Part shown: positions 1 to 10,622 of the stretch, piece after piece | How positions within the stretch are numbered: position 1 is the first letter of the stretch | How the letters are laid out: every line of letters begins with the position of its first letter | NCBI GenBank assembly: GCA_025965755.1 | Contig: JAOPWI010000366.1 | Span: forward strand, 1 to 32,215 | Direction of reading: 5' to 3' | Length of the DNA: 32,215 bases | DNA from: Frankiales bacterium | GTDB taxonomy: Bacteria; Actinomycetota; Actinomycetes; Mycobacteriales; SCTD01 | The notes under the pieces: model-generated | What the model was told of the DNA's origin: nothing | Databases searched by the model: none | The model's input: the letters and a program-made list of their open reading frames with translations, nothing else | Made by a program: the position numbers and the translations under genes

Positions 1-344
1 GCCCACAGCACGACCGGCGTGATGACGTACCCCGACCGCGTCGGGTAGTCGTCCAGCAGGCCCAGAACCGCGTCCGCGGCCACCAGGACCCCGAGCTCCT
101 CGTGCATCTCCCGGCGGGCCGCGTCGACCGACGACTCGCCGCCGTCGGTGCGCCCGCCCGGCAGCGCCCACTGCCCGGCGTGGGCGCGCATGCGGGCGGC
201 CCGGCGGGTGAGCAGGACACCCACGCCGCCGTCGTCCTCCACCAGGGCGACCGCGACCGCAGCGGCCTTGCGGCCCTCCAGGGACGCCTCGGTCCGCGGG
301 AAGTCCGCCAGCCGGGCGGTGATCGACGCGCGTGAGGGGTCCAT
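1..344 (-). CDS. NUDIX hydrolase (CoA pyrophosphatase-like); C-terminus lies outside the window
   Basis: Minus-strand ATG at 344..342. My translation is MDPSRASITARLADFPRTEASLEGRKAAAVAVALVEDDGGVGVLLTRRAARMRAHAGQWALPGGRTDGGESSVDAARREMHEELGV.... It contains a perfect Nudix box GX5EX7REUXEEXGU (GGRTDGGESSVDAARREMHEELGV). Absent from the ORF track because it runs off the window edge. Confidence 0.8.
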   Translation of the reverse strand, partial: MDPSRASITARLADFPRTEASLEGRKAAAVAVALVEDDGGVGVLLTRRAARMRAHAGQWALPGGRTDGGESSVDAARREMHEELGVLVAADAVLGLLDDYPTRSGYVITPVVLW

Positions 345-403
345 CGCACTGTCATACCCCGCCGCGCGGCTGTGTGCCGGCTGACGGCGGGACGGCCGGG
401 TCC

Positions 404-1354
404 TCAGTAGCGGGCGCCGACCACCTGGTCGCCGAGCGGATCGAGCTCGGCCAGCGCCTCGTCGTCGAGCTCGACGTCGAGGGCGGCGACGTTCTGCTCC
501 AGCCACTGGACGCGCTTGGTGCCCGGGATCGGCACCAGCGGGATGCCCAGCCGGCGGGACTGCGCGTGCACCCAGGCCAGCGCGACCTGGGCCGGCTGGG
601 CGCCGAGCCGGTCGGCCACGCCGCGGACGGCGTCCACGATCGCCTGGTTGGCGTCGCCGGCCTCGCCGGCGAAGCGCGGGTTGCGGCCACGGAAGTCCTT
701 GGGACCCAGCGCCGACCGGTCGACCGTGCCGGTGAGAAAGCCGCGCCCGAGCGGCGAGTAGGGCACCAGGCCGATGCCCAGCTCGGCCATCGCGGGGGCC
801 AGCGGCTCGGGGTCGCGCGACCACAGCGAGTACTCGCTCTGCAGGGCGGCGATCGGGTGCACCGCATGCGCCCGGCGGAGCAGCCCCTCGTCCACCTCGG
901 ACAGGCCGAGGAAGCGCACCTTGCCCTCCTGCACGAGCTCGGCCATCGCGCCGACGGTCTCCTCGATCTCGACGTCCTGCGGCGGCCGGTGGGCGTAGTC
1001 CAGGTCGATGGTGTCGACGCCCAGGCGGACCAGCGACGCCTCGCAGGAGCGCCTGACGAAGGCGCGCGCTCCGCGGATCCTGCGGTCCCGGTCGCCGCCG
1101 CTGCGGTCGATGCCGAACTTCGTCGCCAGCTGCACCTCGTCGCGCCGGCCCGCGATGCCCCGGCCGACGAGGACTTCGTTGTGCCCCTGGCCGTACACGT
1201 CAGCGGTGTCCAGGAAGGTGACACCCAGGTCCAGCGCGCGGCCGATGGTGGCGAGGGACTGGTCCCAGTCCGCCGGGCCGTACCACTCGCTCATGCCCAT
1301 GCAGCCCAGGCCCTGGGCCGAGACGGTCAGGCCTGCCAGGTCGACGGTGTCCAT
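404..1354 (-). CDS. aldo/keto reductase family oxidoreductase
   Basis: 316-aa ORF. Typical AKR signatures are present: GLGCMGMS, FLDTADVYGQGHNEVLVG, LATKFG, IDLDYAHRP, GKVRFLGLSE, SEYSLWSR, LVPYSPLGRGFLTG. GC3 is high. Confidence 0.9.
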   Translation of the reverse strand: MDTVDLAGLTVSAQGLGCMGMSEWYGPADWDQSLATIGRALDLGVTFLDTADVYGQGHNEVLVGRGIAGRRDEVQLATKFGIDRSGGDRDRRIRGARAFVRRSCEASLVRLGVDTIDLDYAHRPPQDVEIEETVGAMAELVQEGKVRFLGLSEVDEGLLRRAHAVHPIAALQSEYSLWSRDPEPLAPAMAELGIGLVPYSPLGRGFLTGTVDRSALGPKDFRGRNPRFAGEAGDANQAIVDAVRGVADRLGAQPAQVALAWVHAQSRRLGIPLVPIPGTKRVQWLEQNVAALDVELDDEALAELDPLGDQVVGARY

Positions 1355-1506
1355 CTGCGCTCCTGACGTCGGGAGGTCCTGTCTACCCCGTGCCCGGGAC
1401 CGTCAACACGGCCCCGGGTCCGCACGGCGCGGTGGTCGCGGCCCGGCGGCACCGGTCTGCTGCCCCACCCACGCAGGGCCGGTGATGGCGATGGGACAGT
1501 CCTCGC

Positions 1507-3994
<2,488 letters not shown>

Positions 3995-4073
3995 CCCGGC
4001 GGCGCCGGCCGGCACGGGCGCCGACTGGCGCCGGTGCCGGCCGCTCGCGCTGACGCCGATCCTGACGGCGGCC

Positions 4074-4628
4074 ATGGACGCCTTCTCCGACCAGGGCTTC
4101 CACGGCACCCCGGTCCGCGACATCGCCCGACGCGTCGGGGTCACCGTTCCGGCCCTCTACTACCACCACGCCAACAAGGAAGCCCTCCTCGTCTCGCTGC
4201 TGGAGACCGGCGTGGAGGACGTGCTCCTTCGGGCCTCCGCCGCGGTCGCCGAGGCCGGCGACGACGCGGAGCGGCGGCTGCGCTTCGTCGTCGAGGCCAT
4301 CGTGGTGCACATGACCGGGCGGACCCGGCTGGCGGCGCTCGACTCCGAGCTGCGCTACCTCGCACCGGACAACCGCAGGCGCTACGCCGCCATGCGCAAG
4401 CAGGTCGAGGACCTCGTGACCGACATCCTGCGCAGCGGGTTGGCCGCCGGCGTCTTCGACGTCGACGACCCGGACGAGACCTCGCGGGCGCTGCTCGGGA
4501 TGTGCCAGGCGATTCCCCGCTGGTACCGCCCGGGCGGTCCGCTGGGCGCCCGCGACGTGGCCGCCCGCTACGTCTCCATCGCCTGCCGCACGGCCGGCGT
4601 CCGCACCACCTCGGAGGTCTCGTCATGA
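4074..4628 (+). CDS. TetR/AcrR family transcriptional regulator (start uncertain)
   Basis: C-terminal part of track ORF 3561..4628. HTH block: ILTAAMDAFSDQGFHGTPVRDIARRVGVTVPALYYHHANKEALL. The first in-frame ATG after the upstream stop is 4074. A CTG at 4050 would restore more of helix 1. The stop overlaps the next gene start (ATGA at 4625-4628). Confidence 0.75.
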   Translation: MDAFSDQGFHGTPVRDIARRVGVTVPALYYHHANKEALLVSLLETGVEDVLLRASAAVAEAGDDAERRLRFVVEAIVVHMTGRTRLAALDSELRYLAPDNRRRYAAMRKQVEDLVTDILRSGLAAGVFDVDDPDETSRALLGMCQAIPRWYRPGGPLGARDVAARYVSIACRTAGVRTTSEVSS

Positions 4629-5668
4629 AGGTCGGCTACCACCTCGGCTACTGGTCCAGCGGCCCGCCGCCCGGCGCCCTGGACACGGTCAAGGAGGTCG
4701 AGGCGCTCGGTTACGACTCGCTGTGGACCGCCGAGGCGTACGGCTCGGACTGCCTGACGCCGCTCGCCTGGTGGGGTGCCTCGACGGTCCGGATGCGCCT
4801 GGCCACCAACATCCTGCAGATCTCCGCGCGCACCCCCACGGCGACCGCCATGGCGGCGCTCACGATGGACCACCTGTCCGGCGGCCGGTTCGTCCTGGGC
4901 CTCGGCGTCTCCGGCCCGCAGGTGGTGGAGGGCTGGTACGGCCAGCCGTACCCGAAGCCCCTGGCACGGACCAAGGAGTACGTGCAGATCGTGCGGGACG
5001 TGCTGGCCCGCGAGGCGCCGGTGCGCAGCCAGGGCGAGCACTATCCGCTGCCCTATCCCGGCGGCACCGGCCTGGGCAAGCCGCTCAAGCCGACCGTGCA
5101 CCCGCTGCGCAGCGATGTTCCGATCATGCTGGGCGCAGAAGGGCCCAAGAACGTCGCGCTGGCCGCCGAGATCGCCGACGGCTGGCTGCCGCTGTTCTTC
5201 TCGCCGAAGGCCGACGACTTCTACCGGGCGGCCCTTGCGGAGGGCTTCGCGCGTCCGGGGGCTCGGCGCACCGCCGACGACTTCGAGGTGGCGGCATCCG
5301 TCCCGATGATCGTCAGCGACGATGTCGAGGCCGCCGCCGACCGCATCCGGCCCGGGCTCGCCCTCTACATCGGGGGCATGGGCGCCAAGGGGGCCAACTT
5401 CCACCTCGACGTCTTCGCGCGCATGGGTTACGAGTCACTCTGCGAGAAGGTGCAGGAGGCCTACCTCGGCGGGCGCAAGAAGGAGGCCATCGCCGCCATT
5501 CCGACCGAGCTGGTCGACGACGTCGCGTTCGTCGGCCCGCCGGAGCGCATCCGCGACCAGGTCGCGAAGTGGGAGGACACGGTGGTCGGCACCCTGCTCG
5601 TGCAGTCGCCACCCGTCGGCGAGGACTACCTGTCCGGCCTGCGGGCGATCGCGGACGTCCTGCTGTAG
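4625..5668 (+). CDS. LLM-class (luciferase-like) flavin/F420-dependent oxidoreductase
   Basis: MKVGYHLGYW...LGYDSLWTAEAYGSDCLTPLAWW...RLATNILQISARTP...AMAALTMDHLSGGRFVLGLGVSGPQVVEGWYG...MLGAEGPKNVALAAEIADGWLP matches the pattern of actinobacterial F420-dependent LLM oxidoreductases. Translationally coupled to the TetR gene. Confidence 0.8.
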   Translation: MKVGYHLGYWSSGPPPGALDTVKEVEALGYDSLWTAEAYGSDCLTPLAWWGASTVRMRLATNILQISARTPTATAMAALTMDHLSGGRFVLGLGVSGPQVVEGWYGQPYPKPLARTKEYVQIVRDVLAREAPVRSQGEHYPLPYPGGTGLGKPLKPTVHPLRSDVPIMLGAEGPKNVALAAEIADGWLPLFFSPKADDFYRAALAEGFARPGARRTADDFEVAASVPMIVSDDVEAAADRIRPGLALYIGGMGAKGANFHLDVFARMGYESLCEKVQEAYLGGRKKEAIAAIPTELVDDVAFVGPPERIRDQVAKWEDTVVGTLLVQSPPVGEDYLSGLRAIADVLL

Positions 5669-5708
5669 GTCGCGGTGTCACAGCGGCGTCGCGGGGAACG
5701 GGGGGGCC

Positions 5709-5861
5709 ATGACCGCACCCGAGGAGAACCCGCCCGCCGACGAGGACCGCACCGAGAGCGCAGGCAACACCGGCACGCTGGCCGCCGCGACGCAGGACAA
5801 CGACCCGAGCGACCCGCTCGGTCCGCTCAACCGCGTCACCGAGGACGGCGACCACAGCTAG
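5709..5861 (+). CDS. hypothetical small acidic protein (50 aa)
   Basis: ATG at 5709 is preceded by a G-rich RBS-like run (GGAACGGGGGGG). Nearly every codon ends in G/C. Product: MTAPEENPPADEDRTESAGNTGTLAAATQDNDPSDPLGPLNRVTEDGDHS. It is low-complexity and I recognise no family. Confidence 0.4.
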   Translation: MTAPEENPPADEDRTESAGNTGTLAAATQDNDPSDPLGPLNRVTEDGDHS

Positions 5862-5921
5862 CGGCGCCTGCCGCCGGCACGGGCGCTCTGCACGCCACGT
5901 CCGGCGGCGCGTCGACCGGGC

Positions 5922-7007
5922 GTGGTAGGCAGCGGCGTGATCTTTGATACCGACCCCGCCCCCATGGTCATCACCGGGACCCGGCAGCACGCCGCGTGGA
6001 CGGCGCGCGAGGTGCCGCCCGTGGAGCAGCTCGCGGACGACCTGTGGTCGCTGCCGGTACCGATCCCGCGGAGCCCGCTGCGCTACATCACCGTCTACGT
6101 CCTCGCCACGCCTCGTGGCCCCGTGCTGATCGACGCCGGCTGGGACAGCGAGCAGGGCTGGGCCGCGCTGGAGCAGGGGCTGCGCACCTGCGGCTTCGCG
6201 GTCGCGGAGGTCGCCGGAGTGCTCGTCACGCACTTCCACTTCGACCACCTGGGGCTCGCGGCGCGGGTCCGCGAGGAGTCCGGCGCCTGGGTGGCCATGC
6301 ACCCCGCGGACGCCGACCTGCTCGCCCGGCCCGACTACGCCCAGGCCGCGGTCGCCGTCCGCGCCGAGGCGGAGTTCCTCATCTCGCTGGGCGCGACCCC
6401 CGCGGAGGCCGCGGCCGCGGTCTTCACCGTCGAGGAGTACGCGGTGTTCAACACCATCGCGACGCCGGACCGGCTGGTGCAGGACGGCGACCTGGTCGAC
6501 GTCGCGGGGTGGCAGGTGCGCGCGCACCACACCCCCGGTCACACCCCCGGCCACCTGTGCTTCCACGACGAGCGGACCGGCCGGCTGTTCGCCGGCGACC
6601 ACGTGCTGCCGCGCATCACGCCCAACATCTCGCTCGAGCGCTCCGCCGACCGCGACCCGCTGGGCGACTACCTCGACTCCCTGCAGCGGGTCGGCGAGCT
6701 GGACGTCGACGAGGTGCTGCCGGCACACGAGTGGCGGTTCCGCGGGCTGCGGGCCCGCACCGCGGCGCTGGCCGCCCACCACGAGACGCGGCTGACCGAG
6801 CTGCTGGACGCGCTGCGGCGGCACCCGCACTCGACGGCGTGGGACGTGGCGGGCGAGCTGACCTGGTCGCGCCCGTGGGAGCAGTACGACGGCCGGATGC
6901 GCATCTTCGCCGTCACCGAGACGGCGTCCCACCTGGCCCGCCTGGTGGCCGACGGGCGGGCGCGGGCGACCGCGGGGCGTACCGCGACGTTCTCGGCCGC
7001 GGACTGA
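5922..7007 (+). CDS. MBL-fold metallo-hydrolase
   Basis: 361-aa ORF with the metallo-beta-lactamase motif VLVTHFHFDHLG plus downstream HTPGHTPGH and GDHVLP. Alternative starts at 5937 (GTG) and 5964 (ATG). Confidence 0.85.
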   Translation: MVGSGVIFDTDPAPMVITGTRQHAAWTAREVPPVEQLADDLWSLPVPIPRSPLRYITVYVLATPRGPVLIDAGWDSEQGWAALEQGLRTCGFAVAEVAGVLVTHFHFDHLGLAARVREESGAWVAMHPADADLLARPDYAQAAVAVRAEAEFLISLGATPAEAAAAVFTVEEYAVFNTIATPDRLVQDGDLVDVAGWQVRAHHTPGHTPGHLCFHDERTGRLFAGDHVLPRITPNISLERSADRDPLGDYLDSLQRVGELDVDEVLPAHEWRFRGLRARTAALAAHHETRLTELLDALRRHPHSTAWDVAGELTWSRPWEQYDGRMRIFAVTETASHLARLVADGRARATAGRTATFSAAD

Positions 7008-7052
7008 CCGGCCGGAAACCGTCACCGGTCCGGCCGGCGCGCCGCGGGCGCA

Positions 7053-8000
7053 TCAGGAGCCCGCGAACTCCGCTTTGCGCAGGTGCAGGGTGATGAACTG
7101 GAACACCGGTCGGAACCCGTGGCGGGCCGTCTGCTGCGCGTCCGCGACGGCGTGCAGGTCGACCGCTCCCGCACCGGACATGAGGTCGTCCACGTCGCAG
7201 TCGTCGCCGTGGTAGACGAAGGAGCGGCCGGCCGCCGCCGCGTCGCGCAGCTCCACCGGCACCAGGACGGTGCACGCGAACCCGTGCTCGCGGACCCGGT
7301 CGGCGAGGTCCCAGCCGAAGCGCCAGTGCACGAGCGTGCCGTCCCCGTGGTACTCCGGTCCTGGCGGCGGGGCCGTCTTCGCCTGCGGGAACGGCACCTG
7401 CAGGAAGACGTCGCCACCGGGCCGCAGGATGCGACGCAGCTCGCGGAGCGCCCGGTCGGTGTCCGGGACGTGCTCGAGCACGTGGGGAGTCAGGACGACA
7501 TCGACGCTGCTGTCCGGCAGCGCGATGTCCTGCAGGTCGAGCTGCAGGTCCGCCTTGTGCGCGGAGAGGTCGAAGTCGCTGGACAGGTAGGTCAGCCGTT
7601 CGGCCATCCGGGCGCGGTACCCGGCGCCGAGGCGCGGTGAGGTCTCCAGCAGCGTGGCGCCGGCGTCGTACGCCGTGCGCTGCGTCCAGCACCAGTACAG
7701 GAAGCGGTCACGACCGATGGACCCGCACACCGGGCAGGGCGCCGACTCGCAGTGCTCGACCCCGCCGAACGCCGCGCCGCGCCATCCGCAGACGTTGCAC
7801 TCCACCGCATCGGCGGCGGAGGCGAGCACCGCCTCCGGCCAGCGCAGCAGCCGCCGGTCACCTCGCGCAGCGCGCCAGGCGAGCAGGGCCCGCCGCGTCT
7901 CGGTGTCCCTCCACAGCTGCGCCTGCGTCTGCGCCCCGCGCAGCGCGGACCGGGCCGGGGCAGGCAGCTGTCGGACGAGCCTGTGCAGGACGGGGTGCAT
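7053..8000 (-). CDS. class I SAM-dependent methyltransferase with N-terminal Cys4 zinc-ribbon
   Basis: C-terminal about 315 aa of track ORF 7053..9077, starting at MHPVLHRL (ATG 8000; alternative ATG 8039). CxxC-x16-CxxC (CNVCGW...CPVCGS) is followed by LLETSPRLG, VDVVLTPHVLEHVPD and LRPGGDVFLQVP, the Methyltransf_11-like motifs. The 5' extension to 9077 is Arg/Pro-rich and overlaps the opposite-strand GAF-ANTAR gene, so I rejected it. Confidence 0.8.
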   Translation of the reverse strand: MHPVLHRLVRQLPAPARSALRGAQTQAQLWRDTETRRALLAWRAARGDRRLLRWPEAVLASAADAVECNVCGWRGAAFGGVEHCESAPCPVCGSIGRDRFLYWCWTQRTAYDAGATLLETSPRLGAGYRARMAERLTYLSSDFDLSAHKADLQLDLQDIALPDSSVDVVLTPHVLEHVPDTDRALRELRRILRPGGDVFLQVPFPQAKTAPPPGPEYHGDGTLVHWRFGWDLADRVREHGFACTVLVPVELRDAAAAGRSFVYHGDDCDVDDLMSGAGAVDLHAVADAQQTARHGFRPVFQFITLHLRKAEFAGS

Positions 8001-8225
8001 GCGCGGAGTGTGCCGTGCCGGCGCGGTCCTGGCGATCATGAGGGCGCACGCCGGGCCGGGCGTGATCGCTGGGCGATGTCCGGCTCCCGGGCTACCCTGT
8101 GCGCCTGGGCCGCCCGGTGGGGCGGCGTACGGGTGTCGAGCACACGACGGTCGTGGGGGGCGAGCGGGTGCCCTTTCCCGCCGACCGCGTCGCGGTCTGC
8201 GCCACCTCTGCCGCTCAGGACCACC

Positions 8226-8945
8226 ATGACCGACCTGCCGTCTGCGAGCGAACCTCAGCGAGCGTTCGAGGAGCTTGCCCGCATCACCCTCGCTGACCAC
8301 TCGCTCGAGACGGTGATGGAGAAGATCTCCGCGCTGACCAAGAGCAGCATTCCGGGTGCGAGCGAGGTGTCGGTGACCCTCGTCGAGCAGGGCGAGCCGC
8401 GCACCGTCGCGTTCACCGGCCAGCTGGCCATCGCCATGGACGAGCGGCAGTACGCGCGCGGATACGGGCCCTGCCTGGACAGCATCGCCGGCGCTGAGCT
8501 GGTCCGCATCGACAGCATGCAGGCCGAGCAGCGGTGGCCCGAGTACGTCCAGGACGGACTGCGCCACGGCGTGGGCAGCTCGCTGTCGATTCCGGTCCCG
8601 CTCCAGCGGGAGGTCGCGGCCGCGCTCAACATCTACGGCACCGGCGAGCACGCCTTCGATGACGCGAGCGCCGAGCTGGCCTCGACGTTCGCCGCGTACG
8701 CCGGCGTCGCTCTGGCGAACATGCACCTGTACGAAGCCCAGAGCCGGGTGGCCGAGCAGCTTCAGAGCGCGATGCAGTCCCGCGCCGTGATCGAACAGGC
8801 CAAGGGCATCCTGATGGGCCAGCGCCGGTGCACCGCCGACGAGGCGTTCGACGTGCTCGTGCACCTCTCGCAGGCCGGCAACCGCAAGCTCCGGGACGTG
8901 GCACAGGCGCTCGTCAGCGACGCCGCCCGACCCCACCGCGGCTGA
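8226..8945 (+). CDS. GAF and ANTAR domain-containing RNA-binding regulator
   Basis: Starts at MTDLPSASEP (ATG 8226), in frame within track ORF 7752..8945. N-terminal GAF-like region, then a C-terminal ANTAR signature: LQSAMQSRAVIEQAKGILMGQRRCTADEAFDVLVHLSQAGNRKLRDVAQALV. Confidence 0.85.
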   Translation: MTDLPSASEPQRAFEELARITLADHSLETVMEKISALTKSSIPGASEVSVTLVEQGEPRTVAFTGQLAIAMDERQYARGYGPCLDSIAGAELVRIDSMQAEQRWPEYVQDGLRHGVGSSLSIPVPLQREVAAALNIYGTGEHAFDDASAELASTFAAYAGVALANMHLYEAQSRVAEQLQSAMQSRAVIEQAKGILMGQRRCTADEAFDVLVHLSQAGNRKLRDVAQALVSDAARPHRG

Positions 8946-9065
8946 CCCTGCGCGGCGCGCGGTGTGGCCGGTCCCGCGGTGGGCGGCCCGCCGACGGTCC
9001 CCGAGCCGGATCCGGTCCCGGGTCGCGCCCTCCAGGTGGGTGGACGGTGCCCGCGGCCGAGTTAC

Positions 9066-9106
9066 TTGACACGTCACCCAGTCCTGCTACAGTAGGTGAC
9101 ACGTCA
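9066..9106 (+). promoter_or_regulatory. putative sigma-70-type promoter (TTGACA-N16-TACAGT) with two copies of TGACACGTCA
   Basis: TTGACA at 9066-9071, a 16-nt spacer, TACAGT at 9088-9093, about 50 nt upstream of the yceI ATG. The 10-mer TGACACGTCA occurs at 9067-9076 (overlapping the -35) and 9097-9106 (just after the -10). Confidence 0.5.
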
Positions 9107-9142
9107 TCCACATGGGATGGCGACGAACCGACGGAGCACCTC

Positions 9143-9709
9143 ATGACCGCCCCCACCACCACCCCGACGCTCGCCGAGCTGACCGGCACCTACACCCTGG
9201 ACCCGACCCACAGCCGCATCGGCTTCGTCGCCCGCCACGCGATGGTCACCAAGGTCCGCGGCTCGTTCAACGAGTTCGAGGGCACCGCCGTTCTGGACGG
9301 CACGAACCCCGCCGCCTCCTCCGCGACGCTCACCGTCCAGGCCAAGAGCATCGACACCCGCCAGGCGCAGCGCGACGAGCACCTGCGCAGCAACGACTTC
9401 CTGGCGATGGACTCCTTCCCCGAGATCACCTTCGTCTCCACGTCCGTCGAGCAGACCGGCGACGCGGAGTTCGAGCTGGCCGGCAACCTCACGGTCAAGG
9501 GCGTCACCAAGGCCGTGACCATCCCCTTCACCTACGAGGGTGCCGCCACCGACCCGTACGGCAACCTGCGCGTCGGCTTCGAGGGCGCGGTCGTCATCAA
9601 GCGCAGCGACTACGGCGTGAGCTTCAACGCCGCGCTGGAGACCGGCGGCGTGCTCATCAGCGAGAAGGTCACGCTGGAGTTCGAGATCTCCGCGATCAAG
9701 AACGTCTGA
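9143..9709 (+). CDS. yceI: YceI family (polyisoprenoid-binding) protein
   Basis: Starts at MTAPTTTPTLAELTGTYTLDPTHSRIGFVARHAMVTKVRGSFNEFEG. Continues with SIDTRQAQRDEHLRSNDFLAMDSFPEITFVST...LTVKGVTKAVTIPF...SDYGVSFN, the canonical YceI motifs. Confidence 0.9.
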   Translation: MTAPTTTPTLAELTGTYTLDPTHSRIGFVARHAMVTKVRGSFNEFEGTAVLDGTNPAASSATLTVQAKSIDTRQAQRDEHLRSNDFLAMDSFPEITFVSTSVEQTGDAEFELAGNLTVKGVTKAVTIPFTYEGAATDPYGNLRVGFEGAVVIKRSDYGVSFNAALETGGVLISEKVTLEFEISAIKNV

Positions 9710-9741
9710 CCGCTCGATCCCGCACACCTCCGTCGGGTGAC

Positions 9742-9770
9742 GGGTGCCGCCGGCCTCGCCGGCGGCACCC
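9742..9770 (+). terminator. intrinsic-terminator-like hairpin after yceI
   Basis: Perfect 12-bp stem GGGTGCCGCCGG / CCGGCGGCACCC with a 5-nt loop (CCTCG), 33 nt after the yceI stop. There is no U-tract, which is common in high-GC actinobacteria. Confidence 0.55.
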
Positions 9771-9912
9771 CGCCCCGCCACCTCAGCGCCACCCACCCCG
9801 GGCAGCTCTGGGCCACACCTGACGCGAGCGGCGTGATGCCAGGGCGAAAGCAGGGGCCCGGCGTCGCCGCCCTGCCACAGCCACTCCCGCTCGACCCAAG
9901 GACGGCCCGGCC

Positions 9913-10512
9913 ATGACCTCGCACAAGACCGCCCACACCGCCGTGCCGCTGCACCCGCTGCTGGCCGGGCGGTGGAGCCCCCGCGGCTTCGACCGCAGCC
10001 ACCAGCTCGACGACGCGGACACCACCGCACTGCTCGAAGCCGCCCGGTGGGCGCCGTCGGCGAACAACACCCAGCCGTGGCGCTTTCTCGTCACCCGTCG
10101 CGACGAGCCGGACTTCCCGGCGCTGGCGGGCTTGCTGACCGAGGGCAACCGCAGCTGGGCGCCGCAGGCCAGCGCCCTCGTCCTGGTCGCAGCGCAGACG
10201 GCCGACGAGACCGGCCGGCCGCGTCCGTGGGCGCTGTACGACACCGGCCAGGCCGTGGCCGCGCTCAGCGTCCAGGCAGAGGCCCTCGGTCTGCACGTGC
10301 ACCAGCTCGGCGGGTTCGACGCGGACGCGGCGCGTCACGACTTCGGGCTGACCGACGACCTGACGCCGGTCGTCGTGGTCGCGATCGGGCGGCTCGACCC
10401 GGACGCAGTTCTGCCCGAGCCGCTCGCCGCCCGCGAGCTGGCGCCTCGCACCCGCGAGCCGTTGCCGGCCCTGCTGCTCCACCGCCGCCGGACCGGCAGC
10501 CGCGCCGCGTAG
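9913..10512 (+). CDS. nitroreductase family protein
   Basis: 199-aa ORF with RWSPRGF, LLEAARWAPSANNTQPWRFLV and ALYDTGQAVAALSVQAEALGL, the nitroreductase-fold signatures. Confidence 0.85.
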   Translation: MTSHKTAHTAVPLHPLLAGRWSPRGFDRSHQLDDADTTALLEAARWAPSANNTQPWRFLVTRRDEPDFPALAGLLTEGNRSWAPQASALVLVAAQTADETGRPRPWALYDTGQAVAALSVQAEALGLHVHQLGGFDADAARHDFGLTDDLTPVVVVAIGRLDPDAVLPEPLAARELAPRTREPLPALLLHRRRTGSRAA

Positions 10513-10567
10513 ATCTGCTGCGGTCCCCCCGGGAGCCGCCGTCGGTCCGGAGGCGCCGCCCGGTGTG

Positions 10568-10612
10568 GTCGCGGACGGGGACCGGCCTGGGCCTTTGGTC
10601 CCCGTCCGCGAC
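10568..10612. terminator. bidirectional terminator hairpin between convergent nitroreductase and azoR genes
   Basis: Perfect 16-bp inverted repeat GTCGCGGACGGGGACC (10568-10583) / GGTCCCCGTCCGCGAC (10597-10612) with a 13-nt loop. It lies in the 110-bp convergent intergenic region. Confidence 0.6.
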
Positions 10613-10622
10613 GGCGCAGCTG

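Noticed and set aside
8001-9077. N-terminal extension of the methyltransferase ORF (track ORF 7053-9077, 674 aa)
   Set aside because: The extension is antisense to the well-supported GAF-ANTAR gene and has no recognisable domain. The methyltransferase domain plus zinc ribbon is complete from ATG 8000/8039.
8946-9142. ANTAR dual-hexaloop RNA target downstream of the GAF-ANTAR gene or in the yceI leader
   Set aside because: Only short GC hairpins (for example CATCC-ACATG-GGATG at about 9105-9119) are present. None shows the paired hexaloop architecture.
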